This document shows, in pieces, positions 50,627-64,000 of a stretch of 64,000 nt of DNA. Within the stretch, counting starts at the first letter, position 1. Every line of letters starts with the position of its first letter. This stretch comes from Acanthaster planci (lineage: Eukaryota): positions 1,808,240-1,872,239 of the forward strand of contig NW_019091358.1 in assembly GCF_001949145.1 (NCBI RefSeq), written 5' to 3'. The position numbers were made by a program, and so were the translations under genes. The notes beneath the pieces are model-generated. The model did not search any database. It was not told the DNA's origin and saw nothing but the letters and a program-made list of their open reading frames with translations.

Positions 50627-52259
50627 AACTTAAGTATTGCGCTATGACACTGATTCTACTGGGCCTCATAACAAGCACAGTGGGCATATTTGAGGGATAT
50701 CAGGAACACCCACACTCCGCTCTGTGTGTATGTCAATGTTTCATGTAGCCAAAATCTCTATTCCGGGAATAAATGTTAACTTGGCACGTCTAGGAATAGA
50801 GATATCTGTATACGCGGATAAAATATTATTAATTTTGCACGCCATGCTCAACGTACACTTAGAATCAGCATGGGACGAAGTGGCTTTTATAGCTATGGAA
50901 CCACGTGATTACCCACTACAGCGTAATCCTCGCTTGAAACAGTGTTTAGAAACAACAGACGACTTGGCCTCTGGAACAGCATGCGTACTCAAATTAAACT
51001 TAGGAAGTGGTTCATATTTGGACAACACAACGTAATTTGAAAGAGTTAATTATGCAAATACTTCAAAAATACATTTATTCTTGTAACTAAACTTGCCATG
51101 ATCCCTGACTCGATGGTAAACCCGCATGGTATTAACCCTCATATCGACTCAATTTTTCAAGCTCCCTATTACAGATTTGCATTTCCATAAGCTTCTGTAT
51201 ACGATTTGAATAATTCTGCATGAGTATAATACCTTATATTTCACCGTGAGTCCGAAAACAAGTACAAGGTGTTTTATGCAAGTAAAAGTACTACGAGACT
51301 ACGAGTACACAACCAGTACATGTACTTTGAAATTAATTAATTCAAACACAAGAGCAACTTGACTTCAATTGGCAAGTTGAGGTGTGTTTGAAGATGGGGG
51401 ATCTTAGATCTGGAAGCCGAACTGTACATAGATTTTAAAAAGTGTGAAATTCCTCCCCTTTTCATAACATTAAATATTTTCATACGGACTACATTTAAAA
51501 CCCTCGGTCACACCTTCAATTACTGAATACGCACTTTCGTATAGACACAAATCTAGAACTAATTATCTTTATTTGTTCCAAATTGGAGCACTAAACTTTT
51601 CACCACAACCTTTATCACCGTTAGTGGGGTTAATAATGGTTATATTTGTAGTGAGCACTGATATAAAAAAACCACAGCCGTGACCTTTTACGGTCTACAG
51701 ACCAGTCGAAGTTCATGCCTGGTACTGCACTTCAAGGGCTATATGCTTTGTGCATGTTTTACCACGCTATCTATCCCTAGATACTATATAGGACTCCCCT
51801 TCCCAAGTAACCTTTCAGGGTGGTGAGAGATATACTAAGGTGGGATTACCTGGGAGGACTTGGCTTGTGGATGACTCATTACCCAGAAATGCCTGTTGTT
51901 TTGTTTGTTGGGTTGTTTGTTTGTTTTAATTTGTACGAGATGCCAATTCTGTACGGCGGCTATCTAATACCGAGGGTAAGAAATAATTTCAGAGTTTTCG
52001 TACAGGACTGAACCTGTAATTGCAGATCAATTTCTACCTCTCCGAATCATGCACGCTGCGCCACATATAGTGCAAGGATATCTTAGGATTTGTGTTTGTT
52101 AAATATCATGGGTACCAAGTTTCACGGCGTACCGTTATTATTACATGTATTGGGCCTATTCATTTCTGGTAAAGACACCAAATGATCCTCAAAGAACCCT
52201 ATAGGCACTGTAGCTCACAAGCCTCAAGATACCCGTAGAGAGGAGACTGTAATAAGCAG

Positions 52260-52430
52260 TTAAGTTTTAGAGGTGGGAGGAAAACCCCAGAAGAATATTC
52301 TGGGTAAAACCCACGGACTCAGGTAGGGAATGAAAACCCAATCCATATGTGGACCGGGCCGAGATTCGAACCCAGACTGCAGAGGCCGGTGGAAGGCGAG
52401 GAAAGAACCACTACGCCAACCTGACTCCCC
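52260..52430 (-). mobile_element. tRNA-derived SINE, related to 50468-50626
   Basis: Minus strand reads ggggagtcaggttggcgtagtggttctttcctcgcc (A-box), ggttcgaatc (B-box), gggtttt...ggttttcctcccacctctaa. Confidence 0.75.
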
Positions 52431-54044
52431 TGACCGTCTCCAGATCTGTATCACGAATTCGGCAATGCAGTTTACAAACAGGCCAAAATCTTTCACTGGG
52501 TGATATCTGAGCTGTTTTTCCCATGCATGGAAACCTAATATGATCAAGACAAAAGTACATGTGGACTAATATTGGGGACGCCAAACCCTCTCCAACAAGT
52601 AGTTATAAAGCCATCAGAAATTTCACCAATCGAACTGCATACTAGGTTCGACCCTCTTTCGTTCTAACCTCCACCTCGACAAAAGCTCATAACATCATAC
52701 GCTGCCGACACAGCGACAAAACGCATATTGTGGGATTTAAAAGCAGACCGAGCAGTTGACTCGAGAAATCGGCATTTTATTACAGAACCAAAAAACAACA
52801 ACATTGCAGGAAGGTATTTGCGTGTTTTACAACGACATTACATACAAATTCTATTACAGTCATTTGCAAAAGTTTAGGACCACACATAAAAAAAATGTAT
52901 TTACCTGAAGGAAAACCAAACTTAAACCAATCAATCATGGCAACTTGTGTTAATTTCCAATGTGTAACCTTGGTTGAACATTTTTGAGTACATTTCCATG
53001 ATTTGACATGTTAACAGTCTAATATTCAGTCTACCCTCACTTTTTTCTGATTGCTTAGACTGGTTTTTTTTACCCATGCTGCCTCGCAGACAAAATGTCA
53101 TACAAGACCTCCCTTCGCAAAAAATTTAATTCAAATGGGTATATAGCACTACACTGATGTTATGTACCACTGTAAAAGACAGTGTAATGCAGGCCCAGTC
53201 ACAGATATACCAATAACATTCAAGGTGGTCTTAAACTTTTGCAAATGACTGTAATATGTTACCAAATCTCCAAGACTAACAAAACCTATAGCCCGGGATT
53301 AGTACAAAACTTTGGCAAAACCCCGTGACAATGCAAGGGTTGCAAGCAACTTGGAGACATTAAACTCTACTTTGGCAAGATTTCAGGTACAGATGTGCTG
53401 ATTAGGTTTTAAATATTTTTTTGGAAAAAGGAACGTGCTAGTGGTGTGTGGTTGTAGGCTAGAATGACTTGTTCGTCACTGTCTCACCCTTACTATACTG
53501 TTCATATACAAGTGACCCCGCATCAGCGTTGCAGAGAGCGTGCATTCTGACTTGCATGCTTAACCAATTGCACTTTTTTGTCTGAAATTTTTGCCTGTTG
53601 TGCTGCGTACTATAACCTGGAAAAATCGTTAAATGCTCAGGCGACTTCGAAAATTTCTATTTTCACTAATACCAAGTGATACGCGTTGAATCCGTTACGA
53701 ACAAATCTGGGAAAAAATCTTGGTTACAATATATTATTTACAAAGTACTTTCAATGGCACAGCGGAACTGTGTCAGTACAGCAGGCGATATCTGTTATCG
53801 ATGTTTTTGAGTGAAAGAGCTTTTATTGTGATTATCTGAAGGAATCGCAGACATGTAAATTGATCCGGCTATGACGACAATCTTCACAAGCACTGATTCT
53901 CAAGCCATCACACAGGTCCTTTTCAATTTTTAGTAGAAGACGATTACTTCACCAATGTCACTAATCACTTCCAAATCACACGAAAGTACAACTCGATAAA
54001 TACTGGAAAATTGTTATCTGAAAACAAAATTTACAAACCGACCC

Positions 54045-54493
54045 NNNNNNNNNNNNNNNNNNNNNNNNNNNNNNNNNNNNNNNNNNNNNNNNNNNNNNNN
54101 NNNNNNNNNNNNNNNNNNNNNNNNNNNNNNNNNNNNNNNNNNNNNNNNNNNNNNNNNNNNNNNNNNNNNNNNNNNNNNNNNNNNNNNNNNNNNNNNNNNN
54201 NNNNNNNNNNNNNNNNNNNNNNNNNNNNNNNNNNNNNNNNNNNNNNNNNNNNNNNNNNNNNNNNNNNNNNNNNNNNNNNNNNNNNNNNNNNNNNNNNNNN
54301 NNNNNNNNNNNNNNNNNNNNNNNNNNNNNNNNNNNNNNNNNNNNNNNNNNNNNNNNNNNNNNNNNNNNNNNNNNNNNNNNNNNNNNNNNNNNNNNNNNNN
54401 NNNNNNNNNNNNNNNNNNNNNNNNNNNNNNNNNNNNNNNNNNNNNNNNNNNNNNNNNNNNNNNNNNNNNNNNNNNNNNNNNNNNNNNNNNNNN
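54045..54493. other. Assembly gap (N run)
   Basis: Run of N bases. Confidence 1.
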
Positions 54494-54622
54494 CGTAACC
54501 CTTACCCCACAACCCAAACCGTAAGCCTGACCAAACCAAACCCAACCAAATCCATATCTGAACCCAATCCTAACCCAAACCGTTATCTAACTCCCAGCCC
54601 AAGCCATCCTCACTCTCATCCC
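54494..54622. repeat. Degenerate (CCCTAA)n-like hexamer repeat next to the gap
   Basis: cgtaacccttaccccacaacccaaaccgtaagcctgacc...aacccaatcctaacccaaacc: C-rich with 6-bp periodicity. Confidence 0.6.
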
Positions 54623-55138
54623 ACGCACTACAGATGCAGGCTTAAAAACCAGAATCTGAGCCTACAGCAGTATGTCTTCTTGTTCACTGTGTTGGAAGTG
54701 TACCAAGGAGCCAAATGAATTTTAAAACTTTACCGGCTTCTTTTAAAACACACTGTTGTACATATTCTTTTTTACAATCTACATGTATTAAATTATCATG
54801 TAATTCAAAATCCACTTTGATACATTTAACTAATCTAACAGATTACTGCACCTTTAAAAACACGTTTTTGTTTTGGGGTAAATAAGGCGCTGTTGCTGAG
54901 GTGTCTTTTAAAGAAGAGTCTTGGTTTCATCTTATGAATCAAAATGAAATCAGACCAAGTATTGCTCTCAAAAGTTAATATAATCATTCAAACTATGCAC
55001 ACAATTCTAAACTAGTTTTCATGACGTGGGGTATTCTTGTCCACAAAGTCCACACCACATGGAAAAAATACAAAGGGGAAGATTTGTGCTTGAAAAGGGG
55101 AACAAAAATACGGCTATAACGCTCCAAGAAAAAATGTT

Positions 55139-57635
55139 TTAAACTTTAGGAATGGAATAGAGTTTCTTGTAGCTTACAATAAGAAGTGTAACCAACGATG
55201 AAGCTTGAACACAACAGAGGAAAACAAATGCAGCATTGAAGCTTCCAGTTGTATCATAAATCCAACCTGCAAACATATTAAAATGTAAGAAAAATATTAC
55301 TCATTCATACAATAAGAAAACGAATCACTAACGAAGCCAAAAACCCAATGTTCCTACTACTTCTGGCATTATAAAGTCTCTGACAGATCAAGCATGGAAC
55401 AGCATCTCAATCTTTTTGATTGGAGACTGACAAAATATGAATAATGATTTTTGAAATGTAATATGGGAAAAATACATAACTTTGTAAATTGACCCTTCAA
55501 GAAAAAAGTGACTTTTAAATAAAGAATTTTTCCAAAGGTACATTTATTAGCCTCAAACTTGAGATGCTTGGAGTCAAAGTTTGAGTTTCGTTTGGTCAGT
55601 GACTAGTATTTATACACCTGAGTAAAAAAGCCAAAAACCCAAGAAAAGTGCATGAAGTCCCCGAATCCAAACGAGTAGAGTACACAGGTAGAGTAAGTTG
55701 ACACGATTCTTCAACTTCACTATAGAAGTCAAACAAAACGAAATAAATTGTTCAGTTTTTGTTTACCATTCTCTTTACTAAATATTCCTTCACTTCACTG
55801 AAATGACATTAAGCCCAACTTCATGATGTCATTGTAAAAAAAAAATGTCAATTCATGTTGTGTTTGGAATGCATGGCATTAAGCTACCAGCTTCGGATAA
55901 AAGAGTGCAAGTAATTAGGTGCATTATTTAAGTTATGAATGTATAATGAAGACTGTGCGGTGTTACAGTTGGAGTCAAATAACCTACCTGGCAGAAACCC
56001 CAGCGTGAAGCTTAATAGTGTTGTCAGAATTCCCATCCATCCGTAGGCACTAGACAGCAAATCTACGCCCAGCAACTGCTTCACGAGGACATCAATCAGA
56101 CAGCTAATGAAACCATCCGCGGTCATGATTAGAAACGCTGATATCATAACAGTCGTATAAGACGACAACCATGGAGTTGTGCAGTACGTAGCGGTACTGA
56201 CACTAAGACCGATGCCTAATACAGCCCAGAAGGGTAGTGGCCCTCTGTCAATGATGAAGCCCTGAACCACTTTTGCAATCAAACTGCCAACAGCACCAAC
56301 TGCTACGAACATTGTAGCGTCATCTGAAGAGAATCCTTTAGAAACAGCAGTGGACACGAAGTAAATTCTCCACATGTCGGACGCAAACCTTGAATCACAG
56401 AAAATAATCGCTGCCATCCAGAAACGGATATTCAAGAGTAGTCTCAGATCCAAATTGGCTGCGAAGCTCTCCCACGCGGTGTACAAACATAGCGGGAGAT
56501 TGCTTGGGGGCTTTGCTGATGCTGAATCTTCCTGTATTTGCTTGTAGTTGTGGAAACTGTGTTTCAGTTGCTTTTTTACCAAGGCACCACACACGATCAT
56601 ATGTGAAAAGAGTCCCCCCATTATCAGCATGGTTCCTCTCCAACCAAAGGTCTCTAAGAGTATTTGAACGAGGGGTGTGCACACCAAAAATGCGATTGAT
56701 GATCCTGTCCGTGCGATGCCAATGGCTGTTGCGTGATTCTGATCAAAGCAAAGACCCACCAACTGTTTCGAGAGGACCCCTGACAATCCCAATGCAATAC
56801 CTTATATAAAGACAAAGAATTAACATAAACAGCATTTACAGCTTCCGGCAATTAAGAAAACAAAACATAAAAAAGAAAAGTATCATGTCTCAATGCTTTA
56901 TAGAACAAGCAAATCTTTCAGGAGACTGTAGATAAGAGATATACCTGCTAAAGGCACATACGTAAGTGTCAGTTGGAAAACACTGACTGCAAACGATGCA
57001 ACAATGCAAGATAGTCCAAGCATAACACCACACGCCACGATGATGGAACCAGGCTCACATCTTCTTTGCAATGCCACTACTAAAGGACCTAAAAAACCAA
57101 AATAATGCTCTTATTCACTATTTTTTGTTCATAAACTTAGAAAATTTTAAATAGAGCAAATACAATTTTTTTCCAAGTAACATCCTCCAATGTGCAACAG
57201 TGCATCCCTTCGCATAAATTGTTGTAGTTTTCCTTTATTAAGGAATAGATATCTAGTTAAGAAAGTTTTGTTTAAAATTTTAAATGGTTCTTTTTTCAAA
57301 TAGCAAACTATAAAAGCATCGGAATGTAAAATTTGTGACAAATGGTCTCAGTTTCCCTACGGTATGAAGTGAATTTTTGGCGAATTTGTATTCACGATGA
57401 AAAGGGTACCTGTTAGTCCACTGATGCCAGTTATGACAGAAATCGACCAACCGACAATCCACGTTTTCGTCTCAAATTGGACTTGCAGAGTCGGCAGCAA
57501 GACTCCAAGCCCTTTGATGGCCCCTACAGTAATAAAACAGTAGCTCCACATCGTTAAAACAGCAATCCAGCAGACCAATCCTTTGTCTTTCTCCAGCCTG
57601 TAAGATGAACATATGTTACGGTGTGAGACACCCAT
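55139..57635 (-). CDS. SLC16/monocarboxylate-transporter-family MFS protein, ~436 aa, 4 exons
   Basis: Exons: 57635-57410, 57088-56945, 56800-55988, 55266-55139. GT-AG, all phase 1, 1311 nt. Motifs KGLGVLLPTLQVQF..VGW, GPLVVAL, FDQNHATAIGIARTG, PLVQILLETFGWRGTMLIMGG, LLGVDLLSSAYGW, GWIYDTTGSFNAAF. About 12 hydrophobic segments. Confidence 0.92.
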
Positions 57636-59397
57636 TACTGCTTCAAGTCCAGTAGCTTCAACTCGGCCTCACAAAGACAAAAGATCTGGTCATAAGGTCT
57701 CGTCACACTGTGGCAATAACGTAGGCAAAAACAAACAGGAAAACAGAGTTTTCAGAGTTATGTCTGATGTGAAAACCTTTCAGAGTGTTTGCATGGGTGC
57801 GATAGCTTTAACCATATATGTCGCTATCGATGAGACAAACATCGTCCGAATCGATCAGGGAGCGATTTTCTTTGTCCCATTTCCATTTAAAGAAGTCATT
57901 ATTTACTCGAGTTTAACGACTTTTTGTTGACCGGAATAAGAGAACAGTACAGCGTGGCGCCACTTGCGCACAGGGGCAGCGGTAGACGCGTGATAAATTC
58001 TTCCTAAATCATTCAAGAACAGTTAACTAGCTAACATGCATGCGAGCTTCAAGTTTACGATTTCACGCACTGATCTCCACTGTAAAGGAGATCAATGATC
58101 AATGAACTCAATGGTGAGTGCGGTGCCCAGATAGTAATGAGGAAAAATTACTGCAAATATGTCCAAACAGGGAGCAGCATATGGAAGGAGACGCTTGGCT
58201 GCGCGCATGCGTCAAATTCGCTATACGCTTTCACATTAGCCTGAAAGATGAACCGGCCTTCGTATTAAAGCAACGAAAATAAACCACGCACGTACAGTAC
58301 TTGTAATTGTGTGAGCAGCGTGACCAGATGGTACGATTTTCCATTTTAATTTCCGTTTCTGTGTTCGTGATCGTCTTTCTTATCGCCGCAGTGTAGCAGG
58401 GCGTTTACGCCGTTCCTACAAATTAGCTGCAAGGTCAAACAAGAAAAGAAGAGTACCGTCATTATCAGAAAAGCTGGAAATCTCCTGAAAGATGGACTGA
58501 CCGCACAAGAAACAGGTGTTGCAGTGGAAGAGCCACTTTATCAACAGCTCATTCTCTTACTCTTCTGTTGTTACGTCACAGGCACCGTTGTTGCCAAACA
58601 TAGTTGGCAAAATAGCTGACCGTGAGAACAAAACCAAAACCATAATATACGACGTATTACAAAAATCTGACATCGTAGTTGTTCAACACGAACTAATAAA
58701 TACTTTAACCATTACTAAAATGGAAATGACTCCCATGGCAGCAAAGAGGAAGTAAATTTGCATTTTGAGGCAAAAGCTGTTGCCAAAAGAGTGACTTTTT
58801 TAAAACTTTGGCCGCCAGTAAAACATAGCAGTCGATGTTTGTAAACAAAAGAAAGATCTACTGTCCGTGCGCGGAATGGGACTCATAAAACCTGCCATAC
58901 TAATAATATTGAAGGCAGATAGTTTCCGTTCACTCAACGCATGGCATGTTGAGGACGCCCAGTCTACTTTTAGATGTAATACACTTAAGAATCGTATAAT
59001 CGTCCGGTATAGTTTTATACATGCAGTCACCCACCGTTACCAAAAATGTGCTGAGAGGGAGATCAATAAGTATAAAGAAAAACACCGAGACAAATTGAGC
59101 AGATTTGTGACGCTTGTGAGATAATCGTAAAGGAGATGCAAGTTATGTACTCTAAATATCCGCGGACAATGGCGACAGTGCACGTGGTTTACAACATAAG
59201 TTGGCTGTGATTAACGTTTCTGTTTCTTTGTTGCTACGTGTATGCTGTGCCATACTGAGCGGGATAGATTTAAACATAGTTGGGAAAGTCCAAACAGCTA
59301 GAGCTTCGCATTCAAGAAAGCAAAATGAAGATACTCCAATTTGCAAGAATAAAATAGTAAATATAATCCACATCACCAGTTGTAGGAAATTTAAGAA

Positions 59398-60226
59398 CCC
59401 GTGTATAAACTCCCCCCCCCATAAATGTGTGCCCCCGGATCGCACTCCGGTAAAAGTGTCCGGGGGGACACGTTTACCTAGGTAAATCTGTCCCCCAGCC
59501 CCAGGGTAAATTTACCCCCCCCAAATGTGCACTCCTGCAACGTCACAAGTCTATCACCCAGACTGTGTTTCACTTTATTTCAACTGTTCCGCGTAACGTT
59601 GTGACAATGACAGACACCGTGCTTTTCTGGGATGCTCATTAAATCAGGACAGCTACCCTGAACGCGGGTAGGCCTATCAACTGCGACCGAGTCGTGCCCA
59701 CTCAAGTTGTAATTGTCTGCTTTTACTGTGCTTGAGGCCTGTGACTTGAAGCATAAGTAGGCGCTTTTAACAAGAACTACTTTCGACCGTGGTTCACGCT
59801 TCGGCGCGGCGAGATGGCACATTGCCATGGTAGAGATTGGAGCAGTGTCTTTCTTTCCCCAGTCAGCCATGATAGCTACACCGCGTCAGGCCTAGAGACT
59901 GAGAATCACTACGCGTGCGAGAAGTCTTCAGAATACGGATTGCTGCTTTTTCCTAGTTCTTGTAGAAACGTGGCTCGGCTGATTTATATGTCATACCCTT
60001 CTCAATGTTGATTGCTTGATGAAGGGCTGAAATATGTAACTGGACTGAATTCATCAAACTAACAGGAAAACAAAATCTTCTGTGGCATAACGAGGGCGAC
60101 AAAATTACCTGGAGGGGACAAAATATCCTGGAGGTGGACTGATTTACATGGCCAGGGGACATTTCTACGTGGTAATTCTGTACCCCGGATAGTTTCAGTG
60201 GGGGAGGGATTTACCGTCTACACCGG
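59398..60226. mobile_element. Non-autonomous DNA element with imperfect TIRs and G/C-tract subterminal repeats (foldback-like)
   Basis: Left end cccgtgta..cccccccc with ggtaaa..tgtccc(cc) repeats; right end has ggggaca..tacc repeats and finishes tacaccgg. Confidence 0.5.
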
Positions 60227-61430
60227 TATAGGTACTAAGGTACTATAGACTACTCCAATAAGACGCCATAATTGCGGAGGCACTGCACTCACTTGAAAGA
60301 CGCACATTCTTCAGCTTGACGGGCGCGTACGTTTGGCAAATCATGGCACCCTATTGGTTGAATAGGCATGTACTGCGTGCGTACCACCTGTCCACAAGCG
60401 TTGTACCTTCGCAGTAATGGCTTCTAATTCTGGTTACCAAATTCCAATATAGTGACATACTCTGATATAATGCGACAAATTATGATGACCTACGTTCCAT
60501 ACTATGAGTGTTTTTTAAATACATGTAACTAATTGTTCATTATAGATGTAAATCATTTCCCGAAAGTGCTCTAGGCCTAAATCATATCACTCAACGACTC
60601 AAACGTACTCTCCGAAGTACCGCATCCAGATATTCGAGGGTCTGCGTGTTCCAGGTTTAATTAAAAAGCAAAACCTCTCAACCTACTCACAAAGTACATG
60701 GGTGTTCAAGCGCATAGGATAGATTTGCATGTGTTTGTCGGTGAGAATACGGTATTACTGTTAATACATGTGCCACGTAGTACCAAAGTCTGCATAATAT
60801 TTTTGTAAAATTGCAGACGTCCTAAAGCGATGATGCACTTATATAAGCCAGGTCCGTATTCGAAACAACCAACAGAGTATATATACATGCTTATAAAAAT
60901 ATCAAGGTATGTGAACGTTGACGATAACATTTCAACTGTCACATACAGTTGTATAAGTGGCCCGACGTACTTTTTGTGGTCATATCACCGCGTTTATATT
61001 AGTCGCATCCCTCATTATCAAGGTAGCCGCAACACAAACATTCAAAGTTGGGAGCCTGGACTACAAGTGGTAGTGGTTTGATTTAAAAAGTACTCACTGC
61101 CATAGGTGATGGTTCACGGCACGTCATAACCTAAAACACTAAACAACTTGAAAGGTTCTTCATGATCACCCTTCCACCGGCGTGATTATTTCGCAAAGTC
61201 CATAGCGTCACTCTTATTAGTCTTTTAAAGGTATGGCGGACACAGTACGAGGGCGCATTTTGGTTTCGGTAATATCTTCTGTGTTTGCTCCAATTTTACC
61301 CACTTCAAATTGCGCCCCCCCATTGTGTCCGTCATACTTCTAAAAGGCTAATTGTATGCCCGTCCAGGAAAAACAGGATCCTGGCATCACGCTTCATATG
61401 CTATTTCACAAGGACGTCCAACAACACCTT

Positions 61431-61570
61431 ATTGGGGAAACGACAGATTGACAATCCCCTTTCCATGACATCAGGGCAGCCCCTTTCTAATTTGTCGACA
61501 TTGGGGAAACGACAGATTTTCAACTGGCCCTTCCATGACATCGGGGCAGCCCCTTTCTAATTTGTCTACA
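61431..61570. repeat. Tandem duplication of a ~70-bp unit
   Basis: attggggaaacgacagatt...ttccatgacatc(a/g)gggcagcccctttctaatttgtc(g/t)aca occurs twice. Confidence 0.9.
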
Positions 61571-61776
61571 GTATAAGCACAGAAGAACACCTTCCATTGA
61601 ACTTTACCCATTTGAGATGTATTTTACAACGATTAAAACGCAAAGGTTAACAACAAACGTTCGTGGGCTAAAGGTAGAACTCCAAACCCAGCGCACAATC
61701 GAGTACTGTTCCCATGTTGCTGTCAACAGCAAGTGAAAAGGGCTGGACACAATACTTCTATTCAAATGGCCAGGTT

Positions 61777-62760
61777 TGTAATATCATAAATAATTCTGTT
61801 ATGTACATGTATACACACACAGTTTCTGTACATGTAACAGATAATGCAATGCTACCGCACAGGATTCTGCGTGTGACCAGTATTTGACCCCAGTGAGTCC
61901 ACGGTGAATGACCTCGCTGTAGTCCAGAATATTCTAGTTGTACGTTCCGGAAGTTTCTTGTAAGATTACGTTATTTTCAGTTGGCTAGACTATGCTCTGG
62001 AAGTTTCTTGTAGGATTAAGTAATGCTAAACAGTCTGTTTTAAGAAACTTACGTATTTGAAAAGAAATTTCTAGAAGAGTTGTAGGCTATAAAAGACGAG
62101 CCTAGCAGACAAGGACAGGAGAGTGAGACACACACACCAAGAGAGATTCTGGAAGGCAATTCTACCGTACGCGGGCTGTGAGAAGTTGTTGACTTGTTGA
62201 TTTCTGCACCATTTCAACCTGTGGTGGCGAGTCGTCTGTGGAGGGACACTTGTAAGAAAAGTTCGTTCAGACCATGGCGCTACTAAACACAGACCAAGTG
62301 AAGTGCAGAGCTGAATTTTGTTCCGGAAGAGACAGTTTGTGAACTGAATCCAGTTTGAGTTTGTGGGATCATCAAGTCCCGTAGTTACGACGGTCATCAT
62401 GCCCAAGCCCTTTCGTCTCGAGCCTGGTCGTTCTTATTCGACGTGGTCTTTGCCCTCGTTGCAGCTCATTTTTGCGCCGTCAAGGACTGAACTGTTTTTT
62501 AGCCCTCTGTGGAATCCAGCATTCTTTGCTGTAGTGGCTACCAAGCTCTCGCCCGTAAGATCTACTGGTTTATATAGGATCTCTTCTTAATTCTTTATCC
62601 TTAATGTGAACTAGGTCCAATCAGCATTTTCTTTGTTGTCGTTTTCTTTTACATGCTACGTGTAACATTCTCATTAATCACAACTGTTTATTTCTTCCTT
62701 ATATCAGCGTGATCTTGTTTGGTTTCTTTGTTGTGCATCGCAGAATATTCAAGTTTTACA
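61777..62760 (+). mobile_element. Possible solo LTR
   Basis: tgtaa...ttttaca ends, an internal TATAAAA (~62088), and a short internal direct repeat ggaagtttcttgta(a/g)gatta. No TSD could be identified, so boundaries are uncertain. Confidence 0.3.
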
Positions 62761-62912
62761 ATAATTACTATTCTTAAATAGTTCGGAGTTTTTTGGATCG
62801 TAATATGAACCGTTTGCTTTACATGTAATTAACTGTGTACTGTCGAGAGGCAAATGTGTGCCCTGAGCTATGATCTGAGCAAAACAAAGCAAATCATAAA
62901 TTTACTAGACAG

Positions 62913-63110
62913 CAACGGCGGTGGAACGAGTTTCAGAGTAGGGGGGCAGTTGTGAGACCATCAGCTATCAATATGCCCATCCATTATGCCCCACTCCATT
63001 ACATGACCGGCAAAAAGTTGGGGGACGGGCATGCCCCCCCCCCCTGTCGAAAGGTATGTGTGGAGGGAGGGGTATGGCCCCCCTCAACCTCCCCTGTTCC
63101 ACCGCAAGTG
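62913..63110. mobile_element. Small hAT-like MITE
   Basis: TIRs caacggcggtggaac / gttccaccgcaagtg. The 8-bp flanks ctagacag (62905-12) and gtagacgg (63111-18) resemble a decayed 8-bp TSD. Confidence 0.55.
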
Positions 63111-64000
63111 GTAGACGGGACGTGTTTGTTTTACTTACAAGCACAAGGTGGTCGGGCGATAACCATATGTGGTTTTTATGATGTCAGAGAATGTTGACGC
63201 ATGTCATAGAAAAAACCTTATCGATCTCATTATTTATGCAATATAACATCTCTGAAGTACAGTTACAACAATAAAGAATCCAACTGAAGAGGAAACTGAT
63301 CATCTTGAAATTCATCCTTTCAACTAATTCCTTGATGATAACATTGTGACTTGGAAATTTCATCAGATAATCTAACAAGTTGTTTTCTATTTGGAAGGAT
63401 CAAAAGTTGTCTGCAATCATCAAGCAACTGCAAAAATCTGAAATATATTGAACAAATATATTCTACGGGTACAGTCCACAGATGTTAATGAATGCAGTTT
63501 GGAAATAATAATTTTCAAAGACGCCACAATAGCAGGGACCATCTTTGGTTGGCCAACCGTACATACGCATGCACCAGTGCTCGCTAATTATGCGTTTGTG
63601 CTATAAGAAAGCAAGGCCTCTGAATGCAAGTATTACTCCAAATCTTTTCAAATACCTCCGAAAGCAACATGCGAACAGTACCTGATTGTTTTGTATTATA
63701 CCACTGGCCCAGGGACATTTGTCGCTGGAGTATGTGTTGTGACCGCTGTTCAATATATATCGCAGTCGCTAATTTCAGTGGAAGGTGTTTTTGCTCACAG
63801 TTGATGAATTTGGAAGGGAGTCACCCCAATTTTAGGGCAAAGGATTTACCTCTGATAAAGTGTTGTTGACTGCCGATTACAAAGTTGATGTCCAACACGG
63901 TACATGTACCAGAATAATACTTTTGTTACCAAACTCTATATCCAGCTGAGGGACGTTGTGCCACCCACACCAACCGATCGGTTGACATGACACTATTGTC

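Noticed and set aside
50468..52430. tRNA genes at the A/B-box matches
   Set aside because: No complete cloverleaf or acceptor stem; they are followed by SINE body sequence.
53976..54718. Long ORFs of 167-235 aa in the ORF track
   Set aside because: Artefacts of translating through the N gap.

Overview
Eukaryotic (metazoan) genomic DNA with spliceosomal GT-AG introns, AT-rich, and one assembly gap (54045-54493). The gene families and repeat style suggest a marine invertebrate, possibly an echinoderm; this is inference only. Genes: (1) a minus-strand tandem array of intronless orphan class A GPCRs, two intact and one decayed TM5-TM7 fragment; (2) a 5-exon synaptotagmin-like protein (TM plus two C2 domains lacking Ca2+ ligands), apparently head-to-head with GPCR copy B; (3) a complete 7-exon DHDH (Gfo/Idh/MocA oxidoreductase); (4) two SLC16/MCT-family transporter paralogs, one intact with 4 exons and one a pseudogene. 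Mobile DNA: a long-TIR Tc1/mariner element with a decayed transposase, a young 5'-truncated CR1/L2-type LINE, tRNA-derived SINEs and several MITEs. The most notable observation is that the palindromic octamers TAGGCCTA and TACATGTA are over-represented, and one TAGGCCTA sits exactly at a 6-bp insertion in the MCT pseudogene relative to its intact paralog, suggesting these words are transposon excision footprints. I found no evidence of a wholly new multi-gene system. All exon boundaries were read by eye and checked for splice-phase consistency.
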